From assembly GCA_965215605.1 (NCBI GenBank), contig OZ244070.1:1984001-2048000 (forward strand): a DNA stretch of 64,000 nucleotides, written 5' to 3'. The notes beneath the pieces are model-generated. The model did no database searches and was not told the origin of the DNA. It saw only the letters and a list, made by a program, of their open reading frames with translations. This document shows, piece after piece, positions 59,523 to 64,000 of this stretch. This stretch comes from an uncultured Candidatus Binatia bacterium. Its GTDB lineage: Bacteria; Desulfobacterota; Binatia; UBA9968; JAJDTQ01. Position numbers and translations under genes: made by a program. Each line of letters starts with the position of its first letter. Within the stretch, counting starts at the first letter, position 1.

Positions 59523-60839
59523 ATGGCGCAAGACCTCGAAAAGCTCCTGGAGAGCCTCCGCGAAGGGAAGGGGCCTCCCATCATTCTGCTCCACGGCGAC
59601 GAGTTCCGCGTCCGCGGGGCGCGGCGCGCCATCCTCAACCTCATCGCCCCTGATTCCGACCGCGCCCTCGGCACCGCGACGTTCGACGGCCGGACCGCTT
59701 CCTGGGACGAGGTCGAGGCCGCCCTCATGACCCCGTCGCTGTTCACCCCTGCCTGCACCGTGGTGGTGGAATACGTTCCCTGGTTTGCCCCCGCCGAACG
59801 CAAGGTGGATCTGCTGGACAAGTGCCTGGGTCTCTGGGAGGAGGGGCGCCGCGACGACAGCGGACGCGCCTTCATGGCGTTGCTGCGATCGGAAGGGTGG
59901 ACGCGGGAGCGCTGGTTGGAGGCGACGGATGCGTCGGAGCTGGCGGCAACCCTCAAGAACTACCGGGCGCACGAACGGGAGCTCGGGGCCGTCTGGCAAT
60001 TCTGCCGCGAGCAGGAGCTGGTTCCCGGAACTCCCCGGGCCGACGAGCAGGGAAGAGTCCTGCAACTGCTGGAGCGGGGGTTGCCGGACGGCGCGCGCCT
60101 GCTGCTCCTGGCGCCTCAGGTGGACAAGCGCGGGCGCGGCTACAAGCAGTTGAGCCGCCACGGCTGCGTCGTCGATCTGTCGGTGGAACGGGACCGGAGC
60201 GGACGCATCCGCCGGGAGTCTCTTGCCGGCTTTCTCGACCAGCGCCTCCGGCGGGCGCGCAAGCGCATCGATCCGCAGGCCCGGGAGGCGGTGCTGTCCC
60301 GGTGCGGCAATGAGCTCTGGGCCGTCCACCAGGAGATCGAGAAGCTGCTGCTGTACGTGGGGGAGGCGGAGACCGTGAGTGTTTCCGACGTCGAGGAGAT
60401 CTTCACGGACCAGTCGGAGAGCTGGGTGTTCGACCTGACGGACGCCTTGGGCGAGAGGGATGCGCTCCAGGCCCTGGGCTTTTTGCGGCGGCTCATGGCC
60501 AACGGCGAGTACCCGCTGCGGGTGTTGGGCGCCATCGCCAGCCAGGTGCGCCGCCTGCTGGGCGCCCGGCAGCTCCTGGACCGCGGGCTGGCCAGGGTCT
60601 GGCACGGGCGCATGTCCTACACCGAGTTCCAGCAACGGGTCCCCGCCGACACCGAGGGGCTCCCCACCAAGAGCGCCTACGCCAACTACCTCACGCTGCA
60701 GCGGGCCGAGCGGTTCACCCTGCCCGAGCTCAAGGGCTTTCTCCGGTCGATCCACGACACCGACGTCCGGCTCAAGTCGTCCGGCCACCAGCCCCAGGCC
60801 GTCATGGAGCGGTTGATCCTCGAGATGTGCCGTCCCTGA
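59523..60839 (+). CDS. holA: DNA polymerase III delta subunit
   Basis: ILLHGDEF, QEIEKLLLY, VFDLTDAL, TDVRLKS. Confidence 0.85.
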   Translation: MAQDLEKLLESLREGKGPPIILLHGDEFRVRGARRAILNLIAPDSDRALGTATFDGRTASWDEVEAALMTPSLFTPACTVVVEYVPWFAPAERKVDLLDKCLGLWEEGRRDDSGRAFMALLRSEGWTRERWLEATDASELAATLKNYRAHERELGAVWQFCREQELVPGTPRADEQGRVLQLLERGLPDGARLLLLAPQVDKRGRGYKQLSRHGCVVDLSVERDRSGRIRRESLAGFLDQRLRRARKRIDPQAREAVLSRCGNELWAVHQEIEKLLLYVGEAETVSVSDVEEIFTDQSESWVFDLTDALGERDALQALGFLRRLMANGEYPLRVLGAIASQVRRLLGARQLLDRGLARVWHGRMSYTEFQQRVPADTEGLPTKSAYANYLTLQRAERFTLPELKGFLRSIHDTDVRLKSSGHQPQAVMERLILEMCRP

Positions 60840-60890
60840 AAAGTTCTTCCTCCGCTAAGGTTTCCGCCCGTCCCGCCGATTACTGGAGGT

Positions 60891-61373
60891 ATGGCGCGAG
60901 AATTCTTGCGACGGCTCTCCCTCCCCTTGGCCGCGCTCGTGATCGGGGCGTTCCTTTCCGGCTTCTTCGTTCATTTCCTGTACGGACGCTGGAGCGGGGT
61001 GTGCGCGGAGCTCCCGGCCGGGGCCTCGGCCGGCGCCCCCGATGCATCGGCCAACGGCCTGCCGTTGGTGGACGTGATGGAGGTGGAACGGCTGAAGGAG
61101 CTGGCCGGGGTGATGGCGCGGGTCCGGGGCCGGGTCTTTCGCGTGGGACACTCGTCCAAGAGCAACACCTACTTCCTGGATTTCGGCCCTTCCCGATCCG
61201 CTTTCACCGCCGTCATCTTCTCCTCCACGGTGGACGCATTCCTGCGCGAGAACGCCCACCCGAAGCAGTTCCGGGGAAAGGAAGTGGAGCTCACCGGACG
61301 GATCAAGGACGATCCCAAGTACGGCCTGGAGATGATCCTGGAGAGCCCGGCTCAGATCAAGGCGCTGCCCTGA
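60891..61373 (+). CDS. Membrane-anchored OB-fold hypothetical protein
   Basis: N-terminal TM; VRGRV...FLDFG...FTAVIF...GKEVELTG. Confidence 0.65.
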   Translation: MAREFLRRLSLPLAALVIGAFLSGFFVHFLYGRWSGVCAELPAGASAGAPDASANGLPLVDVMEVERLKELAGVMARVRGRVFRVGHSSKSNTYFLDFGPSRSAFTAVIFSSTVDAFLRENAHPKQFRGKEVELTGRIKDDPKYGLEMILESPAQIKALP

Positions 61374-61499
61374 AGTCAGCCGAACGCCGGACGCAGGAGC
61401 CGGTCTCGAACACGCCCGCGCGCCGGCCGGGCACTTGCCACGGTCCGGCTTTTCTTGGATCGTCCGGTGTTTTCGGATAATATCCGCGCTGGCGGCAGA

Positions 61500-62114
61500 A
61501 TGACAGGCGACCCCAGACACTTCGAATCCATCGGCAACCGCCTCGGATTCCGCCCGATACCCTCGGGCGACGACGAGATCCGGCTGGTCTGGCGCGGCGG
61601 GCGCTTCCCGGCGCTGCTGTGCCTCGGCATTGCCTGCTTCCTGTTGCTGCTCTCGGTGCCGGTGTCCCTGGCTATTCGCGCCCATGGGCTCGACAGCACG
61701 GTGGGGAACCTGTGGTATTTTCCGGCCATGAACGTGGTGTTGTTCGGGGTGGTGGTGTTCCTGTTCACCCTCAAGCGGGTGATACGGATCGACCGGCTCG
61801 CCGGCAAGGTCCACCTGTCCCGCAGCAGCCTGTTCATGCGGCGCCGGCTGACGCTGGAGTTCGACGAGGTCCGGACGGTGACGCTCGGCGAAGACCAGGT
61901 GTACAGCGGCTTCGCGGTGGCCGGCTCCACGGCCGGGCAGAAGTCCTTCCCCGCCCGTTCCCTTCGCCTGCTCCTTGCCGGCTCGCGGTCGGTGCTGCTG
62001 GACCGGGGCGGCGGAAGGCGGCTCGACGAGCTCGCGGCGCGCATCGGCTGGTTCATGGGCAAGCCGGTGGAAGGGGTGTCGCCGGGGAACCCTCCGGCCT
62101 CGGGCGGGGGTTGA
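61500..62114 (+). CDS. Hypothetical two-TM membrane protein
   Basis: Two hydrophobic segments followed by a beta-rich domain. Confidence 0.65.
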   Translation: MTGDPRHFESIGNRLGFRPIPSGDDEIRLVWRGGRFPALLCLGIACFLLLLSVPVSLAIRAHGLDSTVGNLWYFPAMNVVLFGVVVFLFTLKRVIRIDRLAGKVHLSRSSLFMRRRLTLEFDEVRTVTLGEDQVYSGFAVAGSTAGQKSFPARSLRLLLAGSRSVLLDRGGGRRLDELAARIGWFMGKPVEGVSPGNPPASGGG

Positions 62115-62219
62115 CCGGCTACGGGATTCTTCCTATAAACAGGGCGTCGTTCGGGTATCTTCACGGACCCTGCCAATAACGAGCCAAGTAACGAATCTCA
62201 CGATCGGAGACGGATTTTC

Positions 62220-62687
62220 ATGGACAAGAAGATCAAGTTTCGCGTCAACGGGACGGAGCATGAGATGGAGGTGCCCACCAACCGGCTGTTGGTGGACCTG
62301 CTCCGGTACGATCTGGGCCTCACGGGAACCAAGGAAGGCTGCAGCGTCGGCGTGTGCGGCGCGTGCACGGTGCTCGTCGACGGCGAGATGGTGAGCTCGT
62401 GTCTGGCCCTGGCGGTGTTCGCCGACGGCCGTGACGTGACCACGGTGGAAGGCCTGGCCCAGGACGGCGAGCTTCACCCGGTGCAGCAGAGCTTCATCCG
62501 CTACGGCGGCTTCCAGTGCGGCATCTGCACCCCGGGCCAGGTGGTGGCGGCCAAGGCGTTGCTGGACCACAACCCCAAGCCCAATGAAGAAGAGATCAAG
62601 GACTGGATGATGGGCAACCTGTGCCGTTGCACCGGCTACTACAAGATCATCGAGTCCATCGAGAAGGCGCACGAGTTCGCCAAGTAA
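62220..62687 (+). CDS. (2Fe-2S) small subunit, CoxS/XdhC family
   Basis: GCSVGVCGACTV, QCGICTPG, NLCRCTGY. Confidence 0.93.
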   Translation: MDKKIKFRVNGTEHEMEVPTNRLLVDLLRYDLGLTGTKEGCSVGVCGACTVLVDGEMVSSCLALAVFADGRDVTTVEGLAQDGELHPVQQSFIRYGGFQCGICTPGQVVAAKALLDHNPKPNEEEIKDWMMGNLCRCTGYYKIIESIEKAHEFAK

Positions 62688-62699
62688 GGGGTTCAAGGA

Positions 62700-63566
62700 A
62701 TGATCGCTTTTGACTACCGTACTCCCGGAAGCCTCGAAGAGGCCTACGCGGACCTCAAGGAGCTCGGCTCCGACGGCAAGATCATCGCCGGCGGCACCGC
62801 GCTGGTCATCATGATGAAGCAGCAGTTGCTGCAACCGACGTGCGTCATCAGCCTGCGCAACGTGGCGGGGCTGAGCGACATCTCGGAGAACAACGGCAGC
62901 GTGCACATCGGCGGCCTCGTGACCCACGCCCATCTGGACGCGTCCGACGTGGTGCAGGGCAAGCTCCCGGTGCTGGGCGCCACCTACCACCACGTGGCCA
63001 CGCAGCGCGTGCGCACCATGGCCACGGTGGGCGGCGGGCTCGCCCACGCCGACCCCAACCAGGATCCGCCGCCGACCTTCATCGCCCTGGGCGCGAGCTT
63101 CGAGCTGAGTTCCGCGGGCGGCACCCGCTCGGTGGCGGCCGAGGACTTCTTCAGCGACTACTATGAGACGGTGCTCGAGTCGGAGGAGATCGTTACCGGC
63201 GTGAGCGTGCCGCTCATGGCGGCCAACAGCGGCGCGGCCTATCTCAAGTTCCTGCCGCGCTCGGCCGACGACTACGCCACCGTCAGCGCGGCCGCGGTGG
63301 TCACCCTCGACGACGCCAAGACCACGATCCAGGACGTCCGCATCGCCATGGGCAGCGTCAACACCACGCCCGTCCGCGCCACCGCTTCCGAGGACGTGCT
63401 CCGTGGGCAGCCGGTGAAGCCCGAGGGCTTGCGCGAAGCCGGCGAGAAGGCCAAGGACCACACCGACCCGGTCAGCGACTTCCGCGGCTCGGGCTCCTAC
63501 AAGACGCAGATGGCCGCCGTGTTCGTCCGGCGGGCGCTGGAGCAGGCCATCGCCAACGCGGGCTGA
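62700..63566 (+). CDS. FAD-binding medium subunit, CoxM family
   Basis: IAGGTAL, ATVGG..AHADP, DFRGS. Confidence 0.92.
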   Translation: MIAFDYRTPGSLEEAYADLKELGSDGKIIAGGTALVIMMKQQLLQPTCVISLRNVAGLSDISENNGSVHIGGLVTHAHLDASDVVQGKLPVLGATYHHVATQRVRTMATVGGGLAHADPNQDPPPTFIALGASFELSSAGGTRSVAAEDFFSDYYETVLESEEIVTGVSVPLMAANSGAAYLKFLPRSADDYATVSAAAVVTLDDAKTTIQDVRIAMGSVNTTPVRATASEDVLRGQPVKPEGLREAGEKAKDHTDPVSDFRGSGSYKTQMAAVFVRRALEQAIANAG

Positions 63567-63587
63567 TCACCGGAACGGAGGACAGAG

Positions 63588-64000
63588 TTGAAATTCAGTC
63601 AAAGCGCAACCGTGCCCGCGGGCCGCGAGCCCCTGTGGCAGCTTCTCATGGACATTCCCAGGGTCGCCACCTGCCTGCCCGGAGTCGAGGGCGTTGAGCA
63701 GTTGGACGGCGAGACCTACCAGGGGACCCTGAAGGTCCGGGTGGGTCCCATCGCGTTGAGTCTGCAGGGCAAGATCGTGCTGGAGGAAAAGGACCAAGCA
63801 GCGTGGCGCGCCGCGCTCCGGGCCGAGGCCGAGGACCGGCGCGTGGCCGGCGCCATGCGCGGCAAGTCTACCATGGAGCTCAAGGAGCTGAGCGCCGAAG
63901 AGACCGAGTTGACCGTAGAGACCGACGTCAACATCCTCGGCAAGATCGGCGAGTTCGGCCAGCCCATCATCCGCAAGAAGGCCGACCAGATGCTCACCAA
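63588..64000 (+). CDS. CoxG/SRPBCC-family protein, partial
   Basis: Hand translation MKFSQ...LWQLLMDIPRVATCLPG...KVRVGPI...GKIGEFG; GGAGG RBS; cut by the window edge. Confidence 0.85.
   Translation, partial: MKFSQSATVPAGREPLWQLLMDIPRVATCLPGVEGVEQLDGETYQGTLKVRVGPIALSLQGKIVLEEKDQAAWRAALRAEAEDRRVAGAMRGKSTMELKELSAEETELTVETDVNILGKIGEFGQPIIRKKADQMLT

Noticed and set aside
62220-64000. Aerobic CO dehydrogenase
   Set aside because: The diagnostic large subunit is not in the window; only a generic molybdenum hydroxylase family call is supported

Overview
A high-GC bacterial chromosomal segment; the gene content resembles uncultured deltaproteobacterial or Binatia-like genomes, but the taxonomy is a guess. 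Housekeeping and metabolic blocks: a selA-selB-selD operon whose SelD is itself a selenoprotein (UGA17 plus a SECIS-like hairpin), acyl-CoA metabolism genes, arsR-aquaporin-arsC next to a Pho-box-preceded pstSCAB, pgi with an apparent ATC start, three amidohydrolases, a BoxB-like diiron protein, a CoA-transferase/MaoC/heme-oxygenase-like operon divergent from a Rieske oxygenase with duplicated alpha subunits, tRNA-Thr(CGT), thiSGE, holA and coxS/M/G-like genes. Between these blocks sit small, more AT-rich cassettes: several toxin-antitoxin modules, an orphan ParA-like ATPase, an IS3 element, a type III restriction remnant, and an intact operon encoding a STAS-HATPase kinase, a STAS protein and a PIN nuclease, which is the best candidate for a little-described system. 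Several junctions keep truncated gene ends, suggesting repeated cassette gain by one-sided recombination. All calls come from manual reading and motif recognition; no searches were run.
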